A stretch of DNA of 64,000 bases from Callorhinchus milii (taxonomy: Eukaryota). The position numbers and the translations under genes are program-made. The notes beneath the pieces were generated by a model, which saw nothing but the letters and a program-made list of their open reading frames with translations, was not told the origin of the DNA and did not search any database. Of the stretch, positions 1 to 16,240 are shown one piece after another. The first letter of the stretch is position 1, and each line of letters begins with the position of its first letter. The stretch is taken from contig NW_024704762.1 in the NCBI RefSeq assembly GCF_018977255.1, positions 8,680,001 to 8,744,000 of the forward strand, given 5' to 3'.

Positions 1-3000
1 TTACACTACAATGAGTCAAGACGCCCTGATGGATTCAGTGGGGGCCGTGGACAATATGAAAGATCAATGAGCTCTAACAATGGCAGGAGGGGACCTAGGA
101 GCTACAGAAGATCAGTCAGCCCTGGTGGTCCTCCGGAATTGTATAGAAGACAAGCAGACCCTCCTGATTGGCGATCTCAAAGTCCGGTTGACGACACAAG
201 AGACCATCAATTCTATGGGAGATCCCAAAGTCCCGGCGAGCGAGGCAATCAAAGATCATACATGAGATCCCCAAATCCCGATGATAAACTAAGACACCCA
301 GAAGAATACAGGCAACCCTGGAGCCCTGGTAGTGAGAACAGGGATCTGGGATTAAACCCCAGATCTGAGAGCCCCATTGACAAAAGTGATGATGATTTGT
401 TCAAAATATTAAGTAACGTCATTAATGCTCGACGTTTGAAAAATGATCCCCCTCCCCCATCCTGGAGAGATCCTCCCAGAGACTCCTCTCCAGTGGATTC
501 TTCCGTTTATCGGACAGAATTACCAATGGAAGGGTTCCACGAGGCCGAGAATTTTCACCCTGGCACGAACCAGCGGCAGTTTCCTTGTCAAAACCGGGGG
601 GGGTCAAACCGGCGAGGCCGTTCTTTCCTCGGACGTCCCAAGGGTGCAAGAAGGCAGAGGCCTGAGCACCCAAAGGTTTCAGGCCAGCGTGGCTTTCAGG
701 GCAGAGGCAATGCTGATTCAGTGGCAACGACCACATCCAGCACGCCCACAGCCCCCCAGAAAAACCTTCCAGTTTCACAGTCGGTAGGAAATGCATCTGC
801 TGCCCCAGCCACTCAAACAGAACTGGGACAACAGATGATAAAATGGGCCGGTTTCCAAAGCGTTGCTTTTGAGCATTCTGGTAAATCTAAATGTAACCCC
901 AACACAGATGCTTGTTCTAAGCTAGCTAGGTCATTTCAGTGCTTAATGACAAAGCAGCACCTAGATTCCTGTCGGTTAGCAACAACGGCACGCCTAGGCC
1001 TCAAGTGCCCCAGGATAGATAACTCTTTTGTGAACCTGCTCCGAGAGAAGAGCGTTATCACAAGTAGGAAAGATTTGGATAAAGTTCTAGGTCATGAAGA
1101 ACCACTCTTGCAGGAGATCCAGAGGCAACTCTTGGAATCCCTCGGCCCACTGCTGGGAGCGTGCAACAGCTATGAGTCCAGCTCCAACCAACAAAGCCCT
1201 CAGAACTCAGCAACGCACTCGAGAGCACCGTCATGGCTTGTCGGCAAGCCATGGTGCTTATTGGCCAAACCTTTGCCTTCCTCAGCCAGGAAAGGAGAGT
1301 GAATGTGCTAAGGAAGACTGGGCTGATCTCCGTGGCTCCAGAATACGAGCATGTCCCAAATCTCGAAGCTGGTCATCTTTTTGGGAAGAAGTATGAGAAT
1401 GAGCTGAGAAATAAAGTGGAGAAAGTTGCTCTCCTTCCGGTAGACATCTGTGAATCTAGTCCTAGTAAAGCAGTGGTCAAAGAAGAGAAATATTCAAAGA
1501 CAGAATCTGAAGCCAACCCATCAAAAAGTAAGTACTGCTCCAGTTTATGTCATGTCCTAAAGGTTTGTTTGTGGTCTGGAAACATGTGCACATCTTGGAT
1601 TTGGGTACTGTGACCAGTGCCAAAACTCTGCCTCTATCTCTTTCAATGTTCTAAAGTAAATCACTGTTGGAATCCATTAAGGCCTGTGAAAGAACGGGCC
1701 CCCTTTTCATTTAAAAAAAAACAGTTCCGACAACATGATGAAGGCTGGAGCATCAACACCCAATGCCGCAGATGGTGATAAAGGTAGGTTCGATTTCTAA
1801 TCTGCTCAGTTCCGACTTGACCCACGCCAAGAATAGTCTGGCATTTACCTCCCTCACATTCAGGATGTGATGAATATATATTGCTAAATTGATCCCCCCC
1901 CTCCCCCCTCCATGTTGACAAATTATGTGAGGACAGTTTGAATTAATGGACCCATGTTAGTGAAGATTCTCATTCAGTATTTTCAGCGATTTAAAGTATG
2001 TAAGGAGGCAGATGGGGCTAAGGGTAAAGGAATTGATTTGCCAGGTAATTCTCAGCATTAGTTGGGTACCGAAGCTAGTTAAGATGGATAAACTGTTCAT
2101 CCCATCTGTGTGTAATTTACATATTAATTATTTAATTCATTTGAGTGGGATTATCGAGTTCAGAGTCAACTGGGAAAAATTACTTTACTACCTCCAAAAT
2201 TCTTCTATTGTGTGAGTATTTTTACCACCTTGTGGTAGCTGTGTTTTCCTTGGAGATGCCTTGAACTGTTTTGGTTTGTTTAAGTCCAATCTCCAGCAGA
2301 TGTTAAGCCCAGCAAGCAGGCAGAAGAGGGAACTCCAGCAACAGACACCAGTAATGGGAAGGAGGCAGAGGAACAACTTCCACTGGAAGAACCCGGCTCC
2401 CAGATCAGGGAAGAGGATGGTTCAATGCCAGGAGATGCCAGCCCTCAGGGCAAAGCTGAGAATGATAAGCCGGACCCTGAGGCTAAGAGTGAGGCTGACA
2501 AAGATCCTCCACAAGTAGACATTGCCGCCAAACCTGAGGCAGAGGAAAGCTCTTTTCCCCCTATTGACCTGACCAAAGAAACTGAGAACATGCCTCCGCC
2601 AGAGGATGAGCAGATTAAGATCATTGCTGAAAAATTGGCCAAGTTTGTGGCAGAAAAGGGGGAGGCAGCAGAAAAGGTTGTTGTTCAGTTCAAAAAAGAC
2701 GACCCCAATTATGGGTAAGCACATGTACATTGAAACTATATGTCCAACTCCCTTTTGAAAGTTATTATTGAATCTGCTTCCACCACCCTTTCAGGCTGTG
2801 CATTCCAGATGGTAACAACTCGCTGCATAAAAAACCTCTGGTTTTGTGAGCTTATTTGTGCTCACAATCATCACCTGTGCGTGAGTAGGCAGAGAACTGG
2901 CAACTAACAACAAGTTACCCTTGTATAGCGCCCTTCATGTCGGAAAGACGTCCCTCATCACTTATCCTCCATCTTCCAGGTAATATAGAGCCTGGGATTG

Positions 3001-5943
3001 TTGAGGCAAACCAAGCGAGCTCTGAAGTGTGTGTTTTTTTTCCCTCTCACATTTTAATTGCCAGGTTTTTATTTGAAACGGATAGCAGCGAGCACAAGTA
3101 TTACAAGCAGAAAGTGGCGGAGTTCTGCAAAGAGAAGGAGACCCCTGAGCCAAGCCAGACTGATGTGAGCCCGGAATCTCCAGAGCCCACCAAACAGGAA
3201 GAGGAGCCATCAATGGAAGAGGCATCTCCAGAAAGTGTCGAGAAAAACACACAAGACTTGCTGCAGAATGAAGATGACACTCCTGCCAGATTGCAAGCAC
3301 AGTTGCTGGTGAAGATTGAAGCCTCTCCTACCTGCCCCACACAGACAGGTAATTGTTATTCAGGAGGGTACAAAAACAACACCTATTTTCACCACCATCC
3401 TTTCCACTCATTGTAACTAACCACTTGGCTGCTGTAGGCTTGTTCCTGCTAATCTAGAAGTGCGTTGCAAATAGTAAGTACATTCTGAGTACCCGGCGAT
3501 GAAAAGGAGCTGCAATTTCAGTGCAAAATAAAGAGCGAGGAAGGAGGTGGTGTTCCCCCCCTCCAATCTTTTAGGGGCCGTGTCTGTTGACATTTGCTCT
3601 TGCATTAATGTGCGTTGTAATCAGCAGCTGGTTTGCCTGTGGGCTGGAATTGACTGAGTTGCTTTATTGCAGATGAAGCCAACGAAGATGTTAAAACAAG
3701 AATCACTGCTGAGAAACTGGCCAAGTTTGTGGCTGAATGTGGTCCTGGGCTGGAGGAAATTGCTATCGAAAATAACCGGGATAACCCCACTTTCCGGTAA
3801 GAATATTTTCACTGGGCTCCTTCCATGAGTTCACCATAAATCGCATCAAACTCCCAAGCAGATGGGTGATCTTAAACAAGCAGTGATGAAATGTAACTGA
3901 GATGATAGCACTGCCCTTTTCGTGCCCACAGGTTCCTCTACGATGAGAACAGCATCTACTACAAATACTACAAAGAGAAGGTGAGAGAGTTCAGCATTGG
4001 ATCTGAAATGCCGGAATCCTCCTTGGATCCTGCTTTAGAAACTGCATCCGCGTCCGCCGTCCGGTCCATCCTGCAGCCAAAGAAGCGAAAGGGGCTGACG
4101 CTGAAAGTGGGTATGCTGCCACCCAAGAAAGCCCGTCCGGTGGGACCCCCGTCTCCTGGTGAGCAGCAACCAAATGTTTATATGTGCATGATGCTGTCAA
4201 GTTCTGAGATAAATATAAGCTTATACTTGTGGCGGAATATTGTGGGACTGCAAGGTACAGCGGCAGAGTTTCAGGCCACTGTTCCACTGTCCCCAATCTA
4301 TTGCTGTGATTCTAATACAGTGCAAAGTCACTGTTGACTCCTAACTTAAAATAAAAGGCTGATCAAATAGTTCACTCTCTGTTTACAGTTCAGGTACTCG
4401 TGGAGTCCTGTAGCTCAGTGGTTAGAGCACTCGCTTTGCAAGCGAGAGACCTGAGTTCAATTCCAGGCAGAGGGCGAAACCTCGGGCAAGTTTCCTTACT
4501 CCACACAGAGCCTAATAATAATCCTCCAAAACAAAAAACAATAATAAAATTGGCGTTTTCAATCTATGACTGTTTGTGGGACATTGCTGTGCGCAATTGG
4601 CTGCCGCATTCGCCCACAAATTTACAGTCAATTCACTTTACAGTGTGTTCTGTGAAGCGCTTTGGGACGTCCTTCCGACGTGAAAAGCGCTATATCAAAT
4701 GCAAGGATTATTATTTGCCCACAAATTATACAGTCAATTCACTTTGAAGTATATTCTGTGAAGCGCTTTGAAACTTCTCGAAGACGTAATAAGGTGGTGT
4801 ATCAACTGCAAGGATTATTAATATTATTATTTGCCAGCATTAACATAACCTCTGCTATGGTTTCAGTTCGAGAGCTGAAGAGAATTGGATATGACAAATT
4901 GGCACACAATAAACAGAAGAAAAAATTGGTAAGTTTACTTTATTTAAAAAAAGATTGTAGACATTAAGTGGTTTTGGGGTGATGTCTCTGTTTTGGGGCT
5001 TTCTTCTGGACTTCAGTGTCTAGACCGAGAGGGCTTGGTTTAGGCTGCGAATACAGTGATGCACATTGTCATGGAGAATGGGCTGTTTATTGGGGAGACG
5101 GTAATGAGTAGCTGGGCTACTGCTCCTGATTCCTAACCACTGTCCCTCTCCCCACCTCCGCGTGTACACATGAAGCAGGTGTGGACTTGGTTGAGGTACT
5201 GATAGATACTTGGCATCTATGCAACTACACCAACACAAATTTATACTCCTCAGAGAAGACACTACTAAACGCAAGGGGGATACTCACTGACACTTGCACA
5301 GTTAAATTGATTTGGTGACCAGCTTGGTGGGTGAAAAGTTTATTCTGAGTGTTTCTCTTCAAGAAAAACGAAGACATAAATTACACTCGAAACAAGCTGG
5401 CAACAGACAACCTCGGTTACCAGATGCTACAGAAGATGGGCTGGAAGGATGGAGAGGGGCTTGGCTCAGACAAGCAGGGCATCAGAGACCCCGTCAACAG
5501 GTATGGAGTGGAACGAGGAAAGACTGGGCTATGTTAGGTTAGCATATAGGTTAGGTTTAGCCCACAAAATATACAGTCAATTCACTTTACAGTATATTCT
5601 GTGAAGTGTTTTGAGACATCGGAGACGTGATAAGGCACTATATCAAATGCAACTATTATTTTTATTATTATTATAGCAATTCAGTCTGGTCCAAGTTCAA
5701 GTTGCATTAATCTGATTTGGTGGTGGGGGGAGGGTGGTTGCTGAGCCCAACCCTGGGGCCACTCATGTAAAACTCACACCCATGGCTTCCATCTCTTCCA
5801 ACAGAGGCGTCACGTCATCAGACCGGTCAGGCCTGGGAGTTTCTGGCACGCCAAAGCAGGAGGCACAGGACGAGGACAATGAGTTTGCAACTTTTCGCAA
5901 GCGAATGACGGCGGCTTACAGAAGCAAACTCTCTAAATCCTAG
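1..5943 (+). CDS. SUGP2: SURP and G-patch domain-containing protein 2 (5'-partial, multi-exon, one apparent frameshift)
   Basis: Exons inferred from GT-AG sites with consistent phases: <1-1527, 2297-2714, 3065-3348, 3673-3796, 3932-4158, 4867-4928, 5364-5500, 5805-5943 (TAG). SUGP2-type motifs [45 protein letters not shown] and LFGKKY. Two SURP domains ([32 protein letters not shown]; [35 protein letters not shown]), LKVGMLP, G-patch ([19 protein letters not shown]) and C-terminal FATFRKRM. Reading frame changes from +1 to +3 near 1177-1195. Confidence 0.9.
2733..2832 (-). mobile_element. CR1-type LINE fragment in SUGP2 intron
   Basis: Antisense CR1-like ORF2 end (tccaactcccttttgaaagttattattgaatctgcttccaccaccctttcaggc...cattccagat), resembling the CR1 at 55.6-56.9 kb. 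Confidence 0.55.
4400..4714 (+). mobile_element. Full-length young tRNA-Ala-derived SINE
   Basis: Head has A box (tagctcagtgg), anticodon arm ctcgc-tttgcaa-gcgag (TGC, Ala) and B box (gagttcaattc). Body and 3' tail ...gcgctatatcaaatgcaaggattattatt are nearly identical to the inverted copy at 61562-61882. Confidence 0.9.
4716..4832 (+). mobile_element. Older SINE 3' fragment in tandem with young SINE
   Basis: Second gcccacaaa..cagtcaattcacttt..gtgaagcgcttt..caaggattatta segment immediately after the full copy. Confidence 0.75.
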
Positions 5944-7814
5944 GTGCGTAAGACACTGTAGACAGTATGAGGCACATTTTGGAACCTGTTTCCAGCAATA
6001 GGCACTAAGTTGCCTTTGAAAAGTTGTTGTATTCTGAAGCGTATTCCTTTTTGCTCCTGGAGCACCTGCACAGTCTCAACTGAAACCGTAGGTATTGATT
6101 TGTTAGGAGAAAGACTTAATAATTATTAATTTCGTGAAGATATTCCTGTTTCCATATTCATATATAGCTCTATTCTTGGCTATAATTCTAAAAAGAATTA
6201 ATTCAGTGATTCAACCTTTGCCTTGTAAGAGGAGTTCATGTTCAGCAAGCACGCCCTCCTACTCCAACTCATTCTTTCTCAGGACTTCAAGGCTGCAGAA
6301 TTATTTTCCTCTCTGCCCCCCCCCCCCCCCCAACCACCTTTGTCATGCACTCTACAGGCTCTTTAAGGGGAAGATTGGCATTGTCTAATGACACTTTCTT
6401 GATTCATCTTGTTGGCTTATCTCTCTTTTAGTTGTTTCGACAACAGTGGTCAATTGTGCTGTATTGGTCAAAATGGGAGCCAAATAAGCCAAGTCTCTTC
6501 TGATTTTTTTCCCCCTTTGTTTCAGGTTAACAATGGGCTCTTGCTACCAGCAATTCCGGAAACCAGAGAGAAGTGGAGAGTGGTCTTTATCGCACTGACC
6601 GCACAGCATGGTGGATGCCTCTTGGAAGTGAAATTGCCTGTAAATCTTAAATGCTTATAGTAGAACGTTCACGAAAAGCAAGTCTGTTCCACCTGGTGAC
6701 CTGGTAAGCTGACTGTGTGACATTGAAATCCAGCACTCTGGTTGGAGAGGTGGAATCAAAATGTTGTTTGGAATTGAATGAATATCCAAGGTTTAAATAT
6801 TTTGGTTGTTTTGATGTCAGAGGATGACCTATTATAGGATAGAGATGCTACACTTTTAATATCTGTCCACATATTCCACTATTTTAGATGTCAATTTTCT
6901 TTTGAGGATTCACCAAGCCGACTCCACTTCAACACCACATGTTCTTTCATTCCCTCACTGCCAGGCAGTTCTAGGTAACCTTGAGTGTTGCAAATCCAAG
7001 GTAGGTAAGTATCTGAACACTCAACCGTGGCAGTTCATATCTGTCAGAGTGAGACAGTGGAAGTTGCAGATAAAGTACCCAGAGACTGAGCCGGTAGTCT
7101 CATTAACGACCAATGTCAACTTTCTCCTCCATCATCACTATCCAGTATTTAATAGCCACTGGAAATGAACCAAATATTTTTGGTGGTTTCAACAGATGGA
7201 ACCTCATAGAGTGACCATTAATGGGAGGGGCTTTTACCACATTCTGCCAACAGGAGGAAAGGGCAGGGTGGGAGGGGGTACTCTGCCTGACCAATCGACC
7301 TCTGCGGTTCTTAATGGGTTATTTACACTACTAGATCTCAGTCCAAATCGACAGAAGGTCACACCTCACACAGACGTAGGAAGCACTGAAGACGACACTT
7401 TGTGGGAAGAAAAGCTCAGTGTATCAGGTGTGTTCCACTGGAGGTGCGAGTTATGAGGATTCTAGTAAAATACTGTTTGTATTTTTTTTCTAAATTTGTG
7501 CTCTCGCTTTGCTTGCACTTCTGTTTTGTGTAAGTGGTGTCATTAGTAAAACGTATGTGTGCCTACTATTTTTGTATTACTCCTTTTAACTGAATCACTG
7601 TACAGCTTGCAACCATCATATCCTTGGCTGCAGCCGTTATGTACTTCTGCACAGTTGTAGTAAAAGTGCCACCTGAGATCTTCCTGGAACTGTATTAGGA
7701 ACGATACCAGATATTTTTGGGTGGGGAAGTAAGGGGGTCTTTGCTAGTGAACGAGTTAAAGAATGTGACCATTTCCTTACAGATGTGAAACTATCTGGAT
7801 AAGCTATACTGGAA

Positions 7815-7820
7815 AATAAA
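7815..7820 (+). terminator. Candidate polyadenylation signal of SUGP2
   Basis: AATAAA followed by a T/GT-rich stretch (ttgttatatcctttgtttattcctttctgtct) at the end of a largely repeat-free putative 3' UTR exon starting about 6526. Confidence 0.5.
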
Positions 7821-8019
7821 GCAAACCTTTAAATATGTGATTCCCACTTGTTATATCCTTTGTTTATTCCTTTCTGTCTTCTGGAGTCCTGCAGCTTACA
7901 GTACAATCCAAAATTACATTTGTATAGTGCCTTTCACGTCGGGAGGACGTCCCAAGGCGTGTTAGTGGTTAGAGCACTAAGCTGGTAATCGTCAATGTCT
8001 AATTAATCTTAGATTTTAG

Positions 8020-8320
8020 TGAATTTGGACGGGGAGCAAAATATGGTCAGGACTCTGGGGGAGAAACAAGTACTCTTGGAAGTAGTCACATGAGATCTTT
8101 ACATTCACCTGAGCTAAAGGACCGAACCTTAGTTTAACATCTCGTCTATACTTGGTTAACCGTAATTCTTTTCCGTAATTTAACATCTCTGATAATACAG
8201 CGCACTCTCTCTCAGTACTGCATTGGTCAGTCTAAATTAGGAGCACAAAGCTTGGTGGTAAGGGTGGACTCAATCCCAACAATCCTTTCCAATGAATGGT
8301 GCGGACAGTCCAATACCATT
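8020..8320 (-). mobile_element. Degenerate DeuSINE-like (SacSINE1-like) element
   Basis: Antisense match to the family seen at 46185 and 58575 (gagatctttacattcacctgag..tttaacatctc..ctctcagtactgcattgg). Confidence 0.55.
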
Positions 8321-8559
8321 GAGCGGATCTGGCATTCCGGATAATGTGAAATATGACTGACTGACAGCAATATGGGGGGGAAGAGATTATAGATCGAGTG
8401 GAGAGTCCCCAAAAAGACTGTAAATCTCAAATTAAAAAAAACAGAAAACAGTGGAGGTGCTCCACCCAAACCCATTCACGTGCAACAATGATTAGGAATA
8501 ATGTAAGTTGTTAAAGAGTCTGTGGGGTATCAGTGGAGGGAGGGGACTGGGTGATGCAG

Positions 8560-8672
8560 GGGCGCGCTGCATGCCGGGATTTGTAGTTCCACGGGACCGG
8601 GTTTAAAGCGGGCTGCGCGGCGCGCGCAACTACACATCCCAGGGGCCACCGCGGGCGCAGCTCCCACGTGGT
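8560..8672 (+). promoter_or_regulatory. CpG-rich promoter of the SMN-like gene with two oppositely oriented ACTACAnnTCCC (ZNF143/THAP11-type) motifs and an E-box
   Basis: gcatgccgggatttgtagttcc (8569-8590, reverse), aactacacatcccaggggc (8628-8646, forward), CACGTG at 8665-8670, dense CpG cluster. Confidence 0.7.
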
Positions 8673-9324
8673 TAGGCACAGCTGATCCTGGCTTCTCTCC
8701 AGCCACTCATCCCATTGAGTCTTTTCAACCCCAACTGCTGGGACCAGAGCATTCTTACCTTCCACAGTGTTCCTGGTCCCCACTGCAGCATTGATGGCAG
8801 AGCTCTGTGACGACAGACTGTAGTATTTTTTTCTCTCCCCCCCCCCCCCCCCCCTCCTCCAGGAAAGCTCTGAGAAGGTAACAGGCACATTAACTTGCTG
8901 CAAAGTGTAGGCAATTGGTCTTGAGTTTCAATGTGCCAGGCAGTGCTTCGAGGTGAGGGTTCATTGCATTTATGTTGATACAGAATTGTATTTTTACCTT
9001 CACAAACATCCCCCCCCCCCCCCCCCCCCACCCCAGTCTCAACGGGTGAGGCATGCATGAGCTGCAATTGGGTGGGAGCCCTGAATGTGTGTGAGTGCAA
9101 CACTTTTGGGTTGGATTCAGTCTCGATGTTTGTCTTCCCAATCCGGCTACATCCATTTTCCAATGTATCGTACATTATTCTGCAAAATGATGAGATGAGA
9201 GGTGCAGAGTGTTGTACTATACGAGTTGTGCGTCTGTATGTGTGTGCATCTTGCTTGCCAGAAGTTTATAATTGAGCGTGTATAGGATTTGGTTGGATGT
9301 CTGGCAGATAACTTTCGGTGCATT

Positions 9325-9512
9325 CGAAGCTTTGGAACTCTCTTTCCCCCAATCTCCCGCCTTGCATCCTCTTTCCCCTCTTTTTAGGTTTTGACTAAAG
9401 ACCTTCATGTTCGTCCCCGCTCCTCCCTCCTCCCAGCTCGGTGTCAGGCTCTGCCACTGTTAAGCAGTCTGAGATATTGCCCTTTATCAAAGGTACTATA
9501 CAAATGGCAAGA
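9325..9512 (+). mobile_element. L2-type LINE 3' fragment
   Basis: ctttggaactctct..tcctctttcccctcttt..ctaaagaccttc resembles the L2 ORF2 end at 46530 (LWNSL...LKTF) and ends in ctatacaaatggcaag. Confidence 0.55.
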
Positions 9513-9533
9513 TGAGTTTAGCGACCGTGTATT

Positions 9534-9688
9534 AGACCATAAGTCGCAGGAGTTGGCCATTTGGCCCTCGAGCCTGCCCCGCCATTTAATAAGATCATGG
9601 CTTTTAACCTAATTCCAATTACCCGCCCTATCCCCATATCCCTTAATCCCTCTATCCTTTAGAAATCTATCAAACCCAGTCTTGTATT
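9534..9688 (-). mobile_element. CR1 LINE 3'-end fragment abutting the SMN-like splice acceptor
   Basis: ccataag..caggagttggccatttggccctcgagcctgccccgccatttaataagatcatggct..cctttagaaatctatcaaacccagtcttg aligns with 55577-55740. Confidence 0.85.
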
Positions 9689-9712
9689 CTTTTTAGGGTG
9701 GCTGGTGGAACG

Positions 9713-14394
<4,682 letters not shown>

Positions 14395-15186
14395 TGGCCT
14401 GTGTCATCTCCCCGCGTGGGTCTGTTGGGTTCCATTCCTTTTGGTGAAACCAATGTAAATAATGCATCAAGAAAGAGAGGAGGAGGAAAAAAAAAAATCC
14501 CAGCGATTTTTGAAAATATCATTAAAAAAAATTACGCAGCGGAACTCTTTCAAAAAAGATAACTTTGGCAAATCGTAACTAATTTAAACCAGAGCAAAAA
14601 ACTGAGCTTGCACTCATTTTGGCTGGGCCAGGGGTGGATTAGGCTTAGATGTTATTTGCATTATCGCAGAAACTCGTGTTTTCGTCGGGCGTCTGATCTC
14701 TTCAGTGGAGTAAATGAAGATTTTCTCTGGGTGACACATTGCTGGGTAGGTATCTGCTTGAGCGGCTCACCTTGTGTGAAAGTTGAAGCAGAGATGCATT
14801 GTTGTTCTCTTGGTACCATTTCAGTTACTGGACCGTATCGTTTTATGGAGCTCTGGTTCCATCGGGGTATCTCTGAGTGGCAAATAGTGTGAGGCGGCAC
14901 CGCTCATAATTTAGTAAGCACTATATAATGCGCTGTGATGTATCAACGAGATAAAGGTGGGTTAGAATCCGCAATGAAGTGGGCAAACGAGATGCGGAAA
15001 ACTTTTTTTTTTTAAAAAAAAGTATTAATGTTAAATGATCGGCGTTTAATGCACTTTACGAGCGTCTGTGCGCTTAACCAGACTCCAGCAAAGCTCAAAG
15101 AATGTCCGTGGCCCATAACAGTAAAAAAAAATGACAGCCAATGATAAATATTAACTGAGGCCAAGAAAATTATGGAATGAGGGGAC

Positions 15187-15352
15187 CTGCAGTGCCCCCC
15201 TGTACCGGCCAGCGGCGCTCTGATCAATCCACAGCAGGTGGGTGCATTGCCACCAGGAGGCGCTGGCGTACAGGAGAGCTGTTGTACCTCTGGGAGCTGC
15301 GGGTGATTAAATGCTCGGCGGCGCTCCCAGCGGGAAGGTCGTGCTACTGCAG
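15187..15352. promoter_or_regulatory. Cluster of CTCF-like sites between the SMN-like gene and MAP1S
   Basis: CCACCAGGAGGCGC at 15250-15263, plus two weaker cores each preceded by a TGCAGT upstream-type motif in opposite orientations. Confidence 0.5.
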
Positions 15353-16020
15353 CTGTGTAACGACTGCTTTCAATATGCTTTCATGTTTAAATACAAGCGG
15401 CTTCTACTGAGCTGTACAGGTGTAAATAGATTTGTCGGAAGCATCCTGTGCACCACTGAGCCAGAGGCTGAGAGCCATCACAATGCGACTCCTTGATTGT
15501 TCGGAAATCTGTACACAATTGTAAATATTGGTATTTACAGACACTTTTCTTAAACTCCAATAAAGAATAGAGAATTTGCAACTTGGATGTTGGATTAAAA
15601 TGGATGGCAATGGCACGGACATGTCGTGCAATCATAATGAATGGGAAGGAACTGGTTAGAATCGACAAAATGGAAGGGGTTGGGACAATCTGAAATGGAT
15701 GAGAAGGGGTTGGATGGGAAGAGAGTCGGTCATCTGCATTGTTCCTCAGCAAGGAGGCCGTGTGTTATGAACCGCCTTCCAACTTTGTTAATGGTTTCCT
15801 TTCTGTGCCTTGTTAAGAGGTAAGTGAATGAATGACTGAACCCCCCCCCGATCCCAATCCCCAGCTCGGGTCCGAAACACTGACTGTCCAGTGCCTTGGG
15901 ACGTCCTCCTGACGTGAAATGCGCTCTACAAAGCTGTTGTTGTTTAAATGTGGCTAACGGATGGGAACAGATACAAAGTAGAGAGTAGGTACTTGTAACC
16001 TGAGTTGAATCAAGTAAAGT

Positions 16021-16240
16021 AAATAATAATAATAATAATAATAATCCTTGCATTTGATATAGCGCTTTTCACGTCGGGAGGACGTCCCAAAGCGCTTCAC
16101 AGAACACACTGTAAAGTGAATTGACTGTATATTTGTGGGCGAACGCGGCAGCCAATTGCGCACAGCAATGACCCACAAACAGTCGTAGATTGAAAATGAC
16201 CAATTTATTATTGTTTTTGGTTTTGGAGGGATTATTATTA
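16021..16240 (-). mobile_element. Young SINE, 5'-truncated
   Basis: Near-identical to 61562-61770 with a (TAA)n tail; lacks the tRNA head. Confidence 0.9.

Noticed and set aside
4400-4475. tRNA-Ala(TGC)-like sequence (also 61810-61882 and 30870-30945)
   Set aside because: It is the head of a SINE, continuous with SINE body and tail, and has no proper acceptor stem.
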